A stretch of DNA of 20,000 bases from Asterionella formosa. Its lineage: Eukaryota. Both the position numbers and the translations under genes were made by a program. The stretch is from the NCBI GenBank assembly GCA_002256025.1, contig NKIB01012878.1, forward strand, positions 48,795 through 68,794. The letters run 5' to 3'. This document shows, piece after piece, positions 1 through 10,244 of the stretch (position 1 is its first letter; each line of letters begins with the position of its first letter). The notes below the pieces were generated by a model. It was not told the DNA's origin. It was given only the letters and a program-made list of their open reading frames with translations, and made no database searches.

Positions 1-190
1 AGTACTCCAGTACAGTGCACAAAGCTATTCTTAGCGACAATACCGGTTGTGGTACAAGGTACAAGGTACCAGTACCTAGTACCGGCGCCCATTTGCTCGT
101 TTCGACTGGTTACCAGGGTACCAGGTACCGTACCAGGTTACGTGTATGCGGGAATAGACCATTTTATGTATTTAGAGTACCTAGTACTTG
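1..190. repeat. GTAC/GGTACC/TACCGGTA-rich low-complexity repeat tract
   Basis: Dense run of ggtacc, gtaccaggtac and taccgg motifs (e.g. 109-141 gttaccagggtaccaggtaccgtaccaggttac). The same motif class recurs at ~1190-1265, 1655-1747, 16614-16650, 16808-16820 and 19825-19844. Confidence 0.75.
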
Positions 191-399
191 ATATGGAGTC
201 ACCACGAGTACATATACTATAGCACTATATAACAGTAAATAAAGGACCAAGTCTTTTATTATAGGGTTGTGTGTATATGTCTAATATACATAAACCCGAA
301 ATGAAGTGAAAACAATCAATATATAGCAAATGAAAAATAGTGAAAAAATAATGTAGCTACAGTTGTATGAAATCATGCATCTGTGTAATAATAACCTAA

Positions 400-1180
400 A
401 CACATACTAGCTGTGTATGACCACCAGTGTGATGATCAACAGATATCCTCAATTGATTGGCAATCTACTAATCTGTGGCACTGCTCTATCGGGAATATAT
501 ACCTCATACATTTTGTCAATTTGCAATGTGGTAGTGAAAAAACGCAGCTCAAAGTAGGGCAGTCATCATATCCCACACAACGCTTTGCCAGGCAACAATA
601 CTCCACCTTTCTAACTATATCCTGCTCAACCCTTGTAAAATTTTCAGCCACCTTACAAACCTAATTCCAACTTTTTGCATTGCTACCAAAGAACAAATAG
701 TTTTTGTTGTAACAGAAAGACTACAATCCTGACAGAATTGCTTCCTCTCTCCTACCTCTTTGGTGTAACAGAAAGACTACAATGCTGAGCGACAGAATTG
801 CTTCCTCCCTCCTACCTCTTTGACACACATCCTGCCTCATTTCTGTTGCTTCATCAACTTGTTAATTGTCGAAAACTTCTTCAAACGCCACATTTGAGGC
901 ATTTCTGGACTCTCAATCATCATTCTGCATACTTGTCACTCCTGCTACCACCAATTACTAGTAGTCAGGAGTCAGCCAACACTCCTTCAAGACGAGAGTC
1001 GACTGGCTGATGTCATCCACCTTAAGTTCAAAACTAGGCGACATTGCATCTCGATCTGCTGGGAGTACAAAACAAGTATATAGTTCCAAAAACAAACTGG
1101 CAGCTCATACTTCCCTCCTTCACCTGCTGTTGGTGTCCCAGCATCAGTCACACCTTCCTCTCCTTACCGCTGCTGCATGC
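400..1180 (-). pseudogene. Degraded coding-like fragment of unknown origin, possibly a TE remnant
   Basis: Cys-rich ORF piece 436-651 (-) plus stop-interrupted pieces upstream (IESPEMPQMWRLKKFSTINKLMKQQK*GRMCVKEVGGRKQFC), and an internal tandem duplication. No family recognised. Confidence 0.25.
708..822. repeat. Tandem duplication, two ~55-59 bp units
   Basis: tgtaacagaaagactacaat..gacagaattgcttcct.cct/ctcctacctctttg at 708-762 and 764-822. The second copy has 4 extra bases. Confidence 0.95.
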
Positions 1181-1230
1181 CGAAATACCGAGTACCTGGT
1201 ACCAAGTACCAATGGTACATGAATGAGGAT

Positions 1231-1511
1231 GGGGTTTAATTTGTGTGTACTACCGGTACCAGGACAGTGTAATAGCTAATTTTATGTTCTCGTACAGTGT
1301 ATATTCCTACGATGATCGTGCGTACGGTTATGGTTTAATTAAACCAAAAATTAAACCCCCAGTTAAACCGGGTTTAATTTTTCTACTAGCAAATACTGTT
1401 GTAACACGGTGCTTCCACTAGTATTTTCAGATCAATACCGTGCCAGTATTAAAATGACCCAGTAGACACATGGCAGAGGCCTACAGGAAAATACAACTTG
1501 GGTTTAATTTT
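1231..1511. repeat. Cluster of GGTTTAATT/AATTAAACC motifs with palindromes (subterminal-repeat-like)
   Basis: Motif copies at 1231-1242, 1331-1382 (several, both orientations) and 1500-1511. Perfect 16-bp palindrome TGGTTTAATTAAACCA at 1331-1346. Perfect 13-bp inverted repeat AAAAATTAAACCC (1346-1358) / GGGTTTAATTTTT (1370-1382). Confidence 0.8.
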
Positions 1512-1959
1512 ACCAATTAAGAAGGTACTGTATAATATACGATTCTCACGTAGAAAGATTGAATATTAGCTACATAATCCTTCAAATGCGAACATTAAAG
1601 ACACCAGTGGTGCCGGCGATTCGACGCAATTGTTTTCAACCAGAGGGAGCAATAGGTACTGGTACCTGGTACCTACCAGAGTCCAGGTATGTGCGGACAA
1701 CCGGCAACTGAGAACAAAATACAGTACCCGATAGTACCAGGTACCAGCACCATGAACCCCGTGGTCGCAGGATGCATAATAATGTTGCTTCACAATCATC
1801 TCATCATGATTGATAAGATTATAATGTGATATCACGATAGGGTTACATCGATGCATACATAATCAAATTATGAAACATAATATTGAATAAAGAATATCAC
1901 ATAGCTATGATGCATTGATCATAGAACTATGATGATTTCTTAAACTGTTTATGATATAA

Positions 1960-2200
1960 TTTTGATCAAAATATGATCATGTTAAAATAATACAATGACA
2001 ATATATTACGATAAAATATGTACGCAAGTGTTATCGATACATCACAGAAAATAAATAAATAAATCATAATTATGTTACTTAATGTAGAAATTCGCTTTTT
2101 AATGTATACAGTGAAAGCCAACACTTAATATGATAGTATTATACAGTGGATAGGATCTAAGTATATGGATGCGTTGATATGTACATCACTATAAAATGAT
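1960..2200 (-). promoter_or_regulatory. Non-coding block copy 1, upstream of Ulp1-like copy 1
   Basis: The reverse complement matches ~9620-9735: aaatatgatcatgtta (~1969) vs rc aattatgatcatgttt; acaatatattacgataaaatat (~1998) vs rc acaatagatttacgatgaaacaat; ggatgcgttg (2167) vs caacgcatcc (9649). A regulatory role is inferred from position only. Confidence 0.45.
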
Positions 2201-2486
2201 TTGTGATATGGATTGATGCATATCACATACCGGTATCCTCAACAACCAGCCATCACATTCATTGTTGTGTCGTTTTTCCTTGTTATAGCTGTATTGATGC
2301 CGGCATTTGTATTGTGTAAACATTACGCTGGCGGAACATGCATATTACACTGCTGTGCTCTGTTCAACAATTACTACACTCGGTTACCATCACACCAGCT
2401 GCACCTCCACAAGCGCCGCAAAAAGCTCCGCGTTTCCCTTCCACTGTTTTACATCATAGTCTTCTGGCCCTTTGACAATTTTCCAA

Positions 2487-4724
2487 ATGGCATTTCATGG
2501 ATTTCATGCAAAGGATCAGTCAAACAAGAAACATGACTTACTTCCATTGTTTTCACTACAAGACTTTATGTTTTCGGAAAAGAAGATGAAGAAACTTATG
2601 AAATCAATCGAAGATTCCTTTGAATACACTCAAATAACAGATGAATTTGAACAGATTCATAATACTCCAGAAAAAATAATGAAGTATGCCGATACAATAG
2701 TGGCTGAGATTGAAAAGAAGGAAAGATTGCTTTCGAAGAGCAGAGGAAACCCAAACAGTTGGTCTTCGTGGATGAAGACTCTTTTCGTACAGAGTCACAG
2801 TTCCACCATCCAGTGTCGTATTTTGCTCATTCTCCCGAAATCGCTGATAATTAAGAAGAAGTCAGTGATTCTCATTCATTTGATGAACAAAATAATGCGA
2901 TGAATGAAATACCGGCGGAAATGTGACAGACAACACTTCAGAAGTAGAAATGGTTGAAAAGTTGCAAAACCAAGAAATATATATAACTAGCTATTCGTCC
3001 AGAACATCAAGATAACCATCATAAAAGCACAGAAACTATTGCATTTCTAAAAGAACCGATATTCAAGAAAAAGTCTGAGCTAGATCAAGACCTCGAATTC
3101 AAGAAGATCAATGCAGACAGAGATGTGATGCTGGCTAAGGCAGTTGATGCTCTGATTAGGGAACAAAGTCAGAAACACAAAATTGAATCTTTTTCCAAAT
3201 CATACATGGAAGAAAAAGATTAGGATTTCTTTGTAAAATCAGTGAAAACAATCCAGAAGGCAGCTAGCTACTTTTTTGAAGAGTCGGCATGTGAAATGTA
3301 TAGAGTTGTTATGCCAAAGCAAACGGCATTTTCCTTGAGTTCGCCGAAATCGCATGGACAACTAAAATTGTGGAAAGATTTGTACACTCGTACCCCGCAA
3401 GATATATGCAATTACGCCTCTGTATTTTATGGAGTCAAAGGTATCAAAAAATCATCTTCAGATTTTAAAGATCTTGCATATTGGGACCTTGAAACAATTA
3501 CCTCTATGATCCATTATATAATTCATGAACTTCATCCAAGTGATGTAAAGGTTATATTTGATCTTGATGAGAACCCAGAAAAGGGTAATAACAATTTATA
3601 TATATACCAAGGTGATTGTAATCCACTTCATCATGACAGTAACTATGTGCTAATTGTGTATTGCAAAAGATCAGATGAGGAGGAAAACAATCATTTTGTG
3701 CATTATCTTTCTGCTATAGATGATAGATTATGTCAAGTCCGTGACCCAGGAAAAGATGCAAGTGTGGATGAACATTATGATCAAGTATTTCACCTTGCCA
3801 GTAAGTTCTGCATCATCCCCGGATGCAGAAAAGAATTGGAATTATTATGCACCGATATAGGATATCTTCCATAAGAATCCCATATACCTGAAGAAATTGG
3901 TTTATTGGAATCTTCCTATACTGGCACCAAAGCACCATTGCAGATCAGTATGGCCACTGAACATGATTCCATGTTATTTCAACCAGAAGATGAAAGTGGA
4001 TGGTCATGTGGACCTTTTACAATTGTGAAAGTGTTGGAAACTCTATTGCAATTAGAAAGGAATGGCAAAACCAAATTTCTTGGCAAACGGGCACATTTCC
4101 GTTTGGAGACTGAGTCCTGGAAAGTTTTAAAACGTCAGGTGGAAGCAACAGATCGAACAGATGATTTCTTATCCGTTACATCTGACCCACCAACCAAGTC
4201 AAAAACCTTTCATCTTGGAACAGTTTGGCCTCAAGTGACAACGACAAATTCTCGTGAGGATATGTTTCAGTTGGAATTAACTGTTCTTCAATTTTGTATC
4301 GACAAAATTTTGACATCCTATTTAGATTTAAAAATGTTGAAGGAAGTATTTGGACGAGTTCCTTGCAACTCTTCTTTCAAGAAGGATGATGTGCGTTGTC
4401 AACGTGAAATCCATTATCCAACAAATGAATGAAAAAGTTGCTTTCTTCAGTTGGTATAATCATGCACCTCTTGGCCAAATTTCAGGGTGCATCAAAAATG
4501 ACAAAATGTTGAAAAAAAATTGGAACTGATGATATGATGGCCCTTCTGGAATCAAATTGTAAAAATTTACAGACTCATATCGAACTGCAGTTGAAAAGTG
4601 GAGAAGCAAAATATCGGTTGAAACGAGAAGGACCATCTTAGGTTCTTTGGGAGTGAAGAAGGGATCATCCAATCTCATCATTCCTCAGGACATTTTAGTT
4701 TTTGAAAATCTTCTAATAATTTAA
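2487..4724 (+). pseudogene. Ulp1/SENP (peptidase C48, clan CE)-like cysteine protease pseudogene, copy 1
   Basis: ORFs 3242-3874 and 3905-4432 are in the same frame, separated by one TAA (3872), with another in-frame TAG at 3221. Clan-CE motif order: VLIVYC..NHFV (His 3692), QVRDP (Asp 3743), QPEDESGWSCGPF (Gln 3980, Cys 4007). Collinear with the paralog at 10245-12433 from the N-terminus (LQDFMFSEKKMKKLMKSIEDS) to the C-terminal region. Confidence 0.75.
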
Positions 4725-4777
4725 CTAGTATGTGAAACTATATTATCACTAATATTTATATTATTCTTTTGTATTTA

Positions 4778-7200
4778 TCAACGTTTGCTTGTTAGTTTTT
4801 GGTCCCACCCGATTGATTTCCCAAAATGACATGGAGGCCTGGCAACATAAAAATTATCTTTCCGTATCTGTTCCAAAACTTCTTGCGGTGTGTTTCAGAG
4901 ATTTCCTTGATTCCTGTGGTTTCAAAGCAGGAACAACAATTGCTGCCGAAATTATGTTTTGAATTTCAACAACGCTCAATTCAGTTGTATCATTGCATAC
5001 GGTGTCTCCTCTTCCAAAAAACATCCGTTTATGAATTTTCATCTCAGTTGAACTTTTCAAGGAACAAATACACGCTAAGAGAATGGTTGTTGGCTGTGTT
5101 GGAGAAAATGACATTTCCCCAAAGAAGTAGTTTTGCCGGAACTTTGTAGGAACTTGATCCATCACCTTTCTCCCAGTTGACTTCGACCCAGTCAAACCAT
5201 TCACGACCAGAGATTCCAGCATTTGAATCATTATTCCATTCGGATGGCATCTGAAAATAGTAGTTTAGCCGGGAACGTTACTTTTAATTTTAACATGATA
5301 ATAAAAGTCAATCCTTACAATGGAAACAGGCCCTACCCCATCTTCAAGACTTTTTATTCTTGCTATTTCTATTGCTGAATTCCCAATGCTCTTTACATAG
5401 TTGGCCCCTTTCGGTATATCAGGATGAACCAATTGAGACAAGGGTGCATCCTTACTCCGTGATACATGCCCAATCTTATTAGGGACACCTACTAAGGTAC
5501 ATAGACCACTTGATGATGAAGCAGAGAATTGAAATTTAACAGGAAGGTATGGTGAATGGATCATCTTGGTAGGCGATATTCCATAATTATCAGGCGACGT
5601 ACTACTAGTAGGCAACATCCTTGTATCTGGAATCATTCCTTCGAAATCAATTTCTGTTGAAATACCCTCAGTTACATTGATATATGTTTGTTTCCTGTAT
5701 GTAATGAGTCACCACCCAAAAAATGATGTATTAGTGCAGGCAAAATAGGATGAGGCGATATAACACGGCACCACTCATTTGCTGTTGCGTATTTGCCATT
5801 AGATTGGAAGACACAATACTCAGGTGGGATACATGGTAATTTTCTATCGGGATATGCATTTTTGTCAAGAAAAATGTTTAAAAACTTTTTGACATCTGAC
5901 ACTTTACGATGTTCACATCCAATATCGGGATTATCAGCATCTTCAGTTGAAAACAGGTAATCACGACAAACATATCGTCGATATAATCCACCCATTACCA
6001 CCCCTGAAACCACAAATTTTGTTGTGCTCTTCTGTATCACCAATGATCATTCCAATCTGGAAATAAACTTTTTTCATACCAAGGGCAAGACCATGAACCC
6101 AAATATCGTATGACTTGTTTGAATCTTTGAAAGTCAGGCGACAATAGAAATCCTGTGAAAGTCGACATAAGGACAAGTCATCACCAGATAACTTATTATT
6201 CAATTGTTTCTCCAGATCACTGACTTCAATGTGGGGGTCTGGCAAAAGAGATACCAATGGCCATCCATCAACTTTCTTCATTCCTTCTTTCTAACGTTAA
6301 GTTTAACATTGTCAACAAAAACGGATGCTCGGAATGTTTCATTTGTTTATCAATAGGTAAACCATCTCTGAAAACTGCTAGGGCAACAAATAAACACCCT
6401 GTCTTCAACACTCCATTTTCTGATGCAGGAGAATTGTTGAATACATTTTCAAACCAATTCGCGGAAGTTACTTTGTCATATATGCATGCGTTCTCCACAA
6501 GTTGTAAGTTTCACTTGTGGTGACATACAAAATGATGCATGATATCGTAATCATGTAACAATCCTGGTGCCATGAGCTGTACTGGTTCGAAATAATGGAG
6601 TGTGCGTGGGATGATCATGTTTGAATTGTTATCAATCTGTATTTGTTTGGTTAACAGTTGACCACCAGCTAATGTTGGTGGAAATGAAATGCACAGCTAT
6701 GCGTTTTTTCAAAGTCTGGTAGGATGGAGCTTGATACCTTCCATCAAAATATTTCATTGCTTTGGCCTTGAACAGCCATTTCATTAGATGATCAAAGTAA
6801 ACTGGTGGAAGGTAGGTAATTATCGTTAAGGAATAACATGAGTTCTCATTCGATTGGATGCGCGCATGTTTAGGGAATGTTTACTTGGAAGTTGAAATTG
6901 AGGAGGAAGGGGCATTTCCATTGCATTTTCAGGGAGAAAGCAGGTGTGATCTTGGAAATCTGAATATTGCATGGTCTCTGAATTCAATCCTTGGAGAGGT
7001 TTTAGTCTCAATTGTTCGTCTTGTTGTGACTGAATATCATTATAAACTGAATCGTCGCTGTCGTCATGAAATGGATGATTGTGGCCACTTGATTCAAGGA
7101 TAGGACACATAACCTCTTCTTGTTGTCTACTCTCCCTAAATGCTGCAGCAGTTACACTGCCATTAACTTCTTTCCTTGAATGATTCGATGCGCGCACTAC
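4778..7200 (-). pseudogene. Plavaka/CACTA(EnSpm)-like DDE transposase pseudogene, frameshifted and probably internally deleted
   Basis: Joined minus-strand frames give the ordered motif series I associate with Plavaka-type transposases: acidic N-term; LMLFLNDNYLPPVYFDHLMKW..APSYQTLKKR; HYFEP..LLHD; IYDKVTSANWF; LFVALAVFRDG (Asp 6364-6366)..HSEHPFLLTMLNLTLERRNEES.WPLVSLLP; IGMIIGDTEEHNKICG (Asp 6036-6038); VCRD..DADNPDIGC; C-terminal TIFRCHP..WFDWVEVNW..VPAKLLLW..LSVVEIQNIISAAIVVP. Confidence 0.8.
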
Positions 7201-7210
7201 CGCAATACAT

Positions 7211-7640
7211 AGTTTCATTATGTATTCCAGGAACTCGACGTTCTTGCATGCAATGTTGACAGTGACCATTTGCATAGAAAACACGCACGGTTGTTACAAC
7301 TTTCGATTGTGAGACTCAGATGGGGATTTGTTCTTCCGAAATTTGTAGTTACTCAGATAACACCATTGCAATGTCCGCAAAGACATTACAAATTTCAAAT
7401 GATGACAAAGTCAGGATATGGACAGGATAGAATGAATATGAATTAATAATAATAGATTTAGCATCACTCCGATCATGCTGTGCTGGACAATACAGAGTCG
7501 TGAAATTTTCACTCCACCATAGTAGTAATAATGAAAGTATACCGCTACATACAGTACAGGCGCCACTACTAGTTGTATGGAGCAACATCAATGTTTTCCT
7601 AACATCTATGAAATGGTTTGCATTGTAGAAGTCTCACACT
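7211..7640 (+). pseudogene. Family-X paralog C, internal fragment
   Basis: SFIMYSRNSTFLH..FRL*DSDGDLFFRNL matches SFIANSRNAMFFH..FRL*KSEGDLFFRNL in paralog B. 7299-7344 matches rc 12678-12723 at 42/46 nt. VRKDITNFK and SCMEQHQCFPNIYEM resemble VKKNIANFQ and SCVTKFQLSLRAQYEL in paralog A. Confidence 0.75.
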
Positions 7641-7688
7641 ACCTATATTTATTATGTAACTAAGGTACTAAGCATGCATTGGATTCTA

Positions 7689-9479
7689 TTAGGTCCATTC
7701 AAAATCAACTTCATCATCAATGTCCCGTTGATTAATGCGTTCATTGTAATCAATATTCTTTTCAGGAACATTTGGTTGAAGTGGTTCAACATATTGATGC
7801 ATATCCTTTTCACTTACATTGGGAAATGAGAAGTATGAGTGTGGGTAGATGATATTTGTTGTGGAAGTAGCAATTCCACTAGGATTCCTTACATATTCAG
7901 ATCGATTGTTCTTTTGTGAAAGTCCAGTGTAGATTTCCTTATAATAACCGAGTAAATCAATATCATCAGTCCATTGATCAGTGAGACTATTTGATACTGA
8001 ACTTTCTTCCCTCACTCTTTTTTGATAAGTGGTTTCCCACCAATATCGACAAAATCAGTAGAATGACGAATTTCGTTCTCTGAAATTTCATGGGTATCTG
8101 GATTGAAACCCAAATATTTTTGTTGCAATCGGAATTTTCCTTTCAGCACCAAGAAGCAAAAGGCTTCTGTACTGGCAATGATCAGTACAGAAAGAAAGTG
8201 ATTGCAATTCATACTGTGCCCGAAGACTTAGTTGAAATTTGGTCACACACGATTTGTTTCCTGTTAAAAATGGTTCTCCACGGCTTGTCCTGCCTATAAA
8301 ATACACTGGAGCAAGAACATCACGCCAGACTTGGTATCCTTGGCTTCCCCTGTCAATGTGCTTTGACTGCGCAAAACGATAAAGCGTTAACGCCCACCTA
8401 ATAAAGCCATCAATAGCTATCCATAGTCTGGAAGTTAGCTATATTCTTTTTGACCAGCTGGTGTCGTGTCATGAATTATGTTAGCATTTTTAAATTAAAA
8501 CATATTTGATAAGAATATAATCACCGACTCAAAACATCATGCTGTCGGAGCATCTCCCGCCCTGCAAGAACTTACCTAAGATTCCTTTAAATTGATAATT
8601 CAATACATTCTGACATTCTCTCGCTCAACTTTTTTATGCACATGCCACCAAATGTTGATTTGATGAAATCTAAATGTGCCTTGTTGGTACGTTCAATGGT
8701 CTGATTCATCGGAAGTAGTGCATCAGAACCATTCCATATGAAATCGGCAAGCTCTGGGTCACTCTCCAATTCGTTGCCTAACTCCGGTTTCACTGGTGTG
8801 TATAGCTGAGTTAGGCAACATTGGGCAAACCAATCCTGTTTTTGATTAGAAATGCCTTTCATACTACTTAGACCAGATAGGGCGGGATGTTTGATTCTCT
8901 TTTGGGACCAGAAAAAAGCACATTAGATTGATATTCTGTTTTACAGCAGTACCTGCAATTCGCGAACTATAACCTCAAAACTACATGTTCTCAGCAAAAC
9001 TTCTTGATCTTTAAAATAAAACTCACAACCTTTGTGACAATTGATGGTTCAATTATAGCTAAGCGAGAACGACGTTCTGATAAGGCTGCTGAAATTGAAG
9101 AGTCTTGATAACCTCGTATGGACGAGTTTTGAACCAAATTACGACCTTTGTAGTGATTGAGTTCATTGACCAATTGATAATATCCTTTGGCAAGTACAAA
9201 ATGTTTTTCCCTCAGCTTGTCATGTACTTGTTGGTCCGTGCGATTAGAAAATTTATGATATGGTACCATGTCGTCCATCTGCATCCGGGAGTTATTAATG
9301 GTATCATTGACAGGAGCCATTTTTCTTGAATCAACAACTGAAAAAGAAAATTCATCATCACTTTGAGTATTAATTACGGGAGCCTTTGTACTAGTAGCTG
9401 ATGGTGTCCCCATCGACGAGGGGTAAGTGGCACAGGATTTTTGTATGTATGATAATTTTTGGATCAAAACCATGGTCAA
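7689..9479 (-). pseudogene. Family-X paralog A, unknown ~600-aa protein, disrupted
   Basis: Chain of minus-strand ORF pieces (8991-9479, 8587-8862, 8088-8306, 8012-8212, 7689-8015). Shares SRKMAP/SRKVAA, LAKGYYQLVNELNHYKG/LVCSYYKILSDLSHYKG, IKHPA, GIS....DWFA and LG.E.ESDP with paralog B. Confidence 0.7.
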
Positions 9480-9559
9480 TGTATCCTATAACTATGATGA
9501 TTTATTAATATTTTACCGACCTCGAAGTATAATGATAATAAGAACATTATCATCACACT

Positions 9560-9990
9560 ATTTATATTAAATGATCAACAACCTTACTCATCAACATAAT
9601 AAAATTTCTCATATTATTTTCAATTCTCGTGATGTAAAATTATTAGTACAACGCATCCTAAAATCAGCTCAACGCTATGAAATCGTTTTTATTGTTTCAT
9701 CGTAAATCTATTGTAAACATGATCATAATTCTAATCACAAGCATTCTTCAAAATAGATTGAGTTGGATTGTAATTTAACTATCAAATTTAGCAATGCTAT
9801 CTATTATTCTACATGCCAGCGACCCAACGTTTCTCTCTCCACTCGGCTCAATGTATATTGTTCCTGTCTCGCCCTTTTCTTCCTCTTTTCTGAATCTTGT
9901 GCCAAGCAATGCCTTACTAATAATGCGTCTCTCTCCCTGCTGTTAGTGTCATTCTGAACTCGCCGACTATTCCATTGTTTGATCGGTTTT
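9560..9990 (+). promoter_or_regulatory. Non-coding block copy 2, between divergent X-A and Ulp1-like copy 2
   Basis: ggattgtaatttaactatcaaatttag (9765) matches rc ggattgtaatttaacaactaaatttag (ending 14284). Weaker collinear similarity extends on both sides. Regulatory function is inferred. Confidence 0.55.
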
Positions 9991-10244
9991 ATTGTCCTAT
10001 GCAGTTACAGTAACAACTAATGATATTTTTATCTAGTGATGACAACTATTATAATCACTACAAGTTCTTTTCTATCATCCTTTAATATCTAAATTACTTC
10101 CACATTTCGCATGCTGTGCATGTCCGCTGCTGTTGCCTTCCCATCACATCACTGATAGTAATCAAACGCCGTTTCATTGCATTGTTTATCATTTCCCGTA
10201 ACCACACTGCATCACTCGTCATATCAATACCAATCAAAGTTGAT

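Noticed and set aside
1346..1389. Helitron 3' end (hairpin followed by CTAG)
   Set aside because: The stem is AT-rich and part of a dispersed motif array, CTAG is followed by C rather than T, and no Rep/helicase sequence was recognised.
5251..5275. Possible intron acceptor (ttttcag) on the minus strand before MPSEW
   Set aside because: The same bases encode TIFRCHP, the expected transposase C-terminal motif. A frameshift explains the break.
2554..10064. CACTACAAG (plant CACTA TIR core) at 2554 and 10056
   Set aside because: One copy lies within the Ulp1-like coding frame, both are in the same orientation, and I found no inverted partner. Probably chance.
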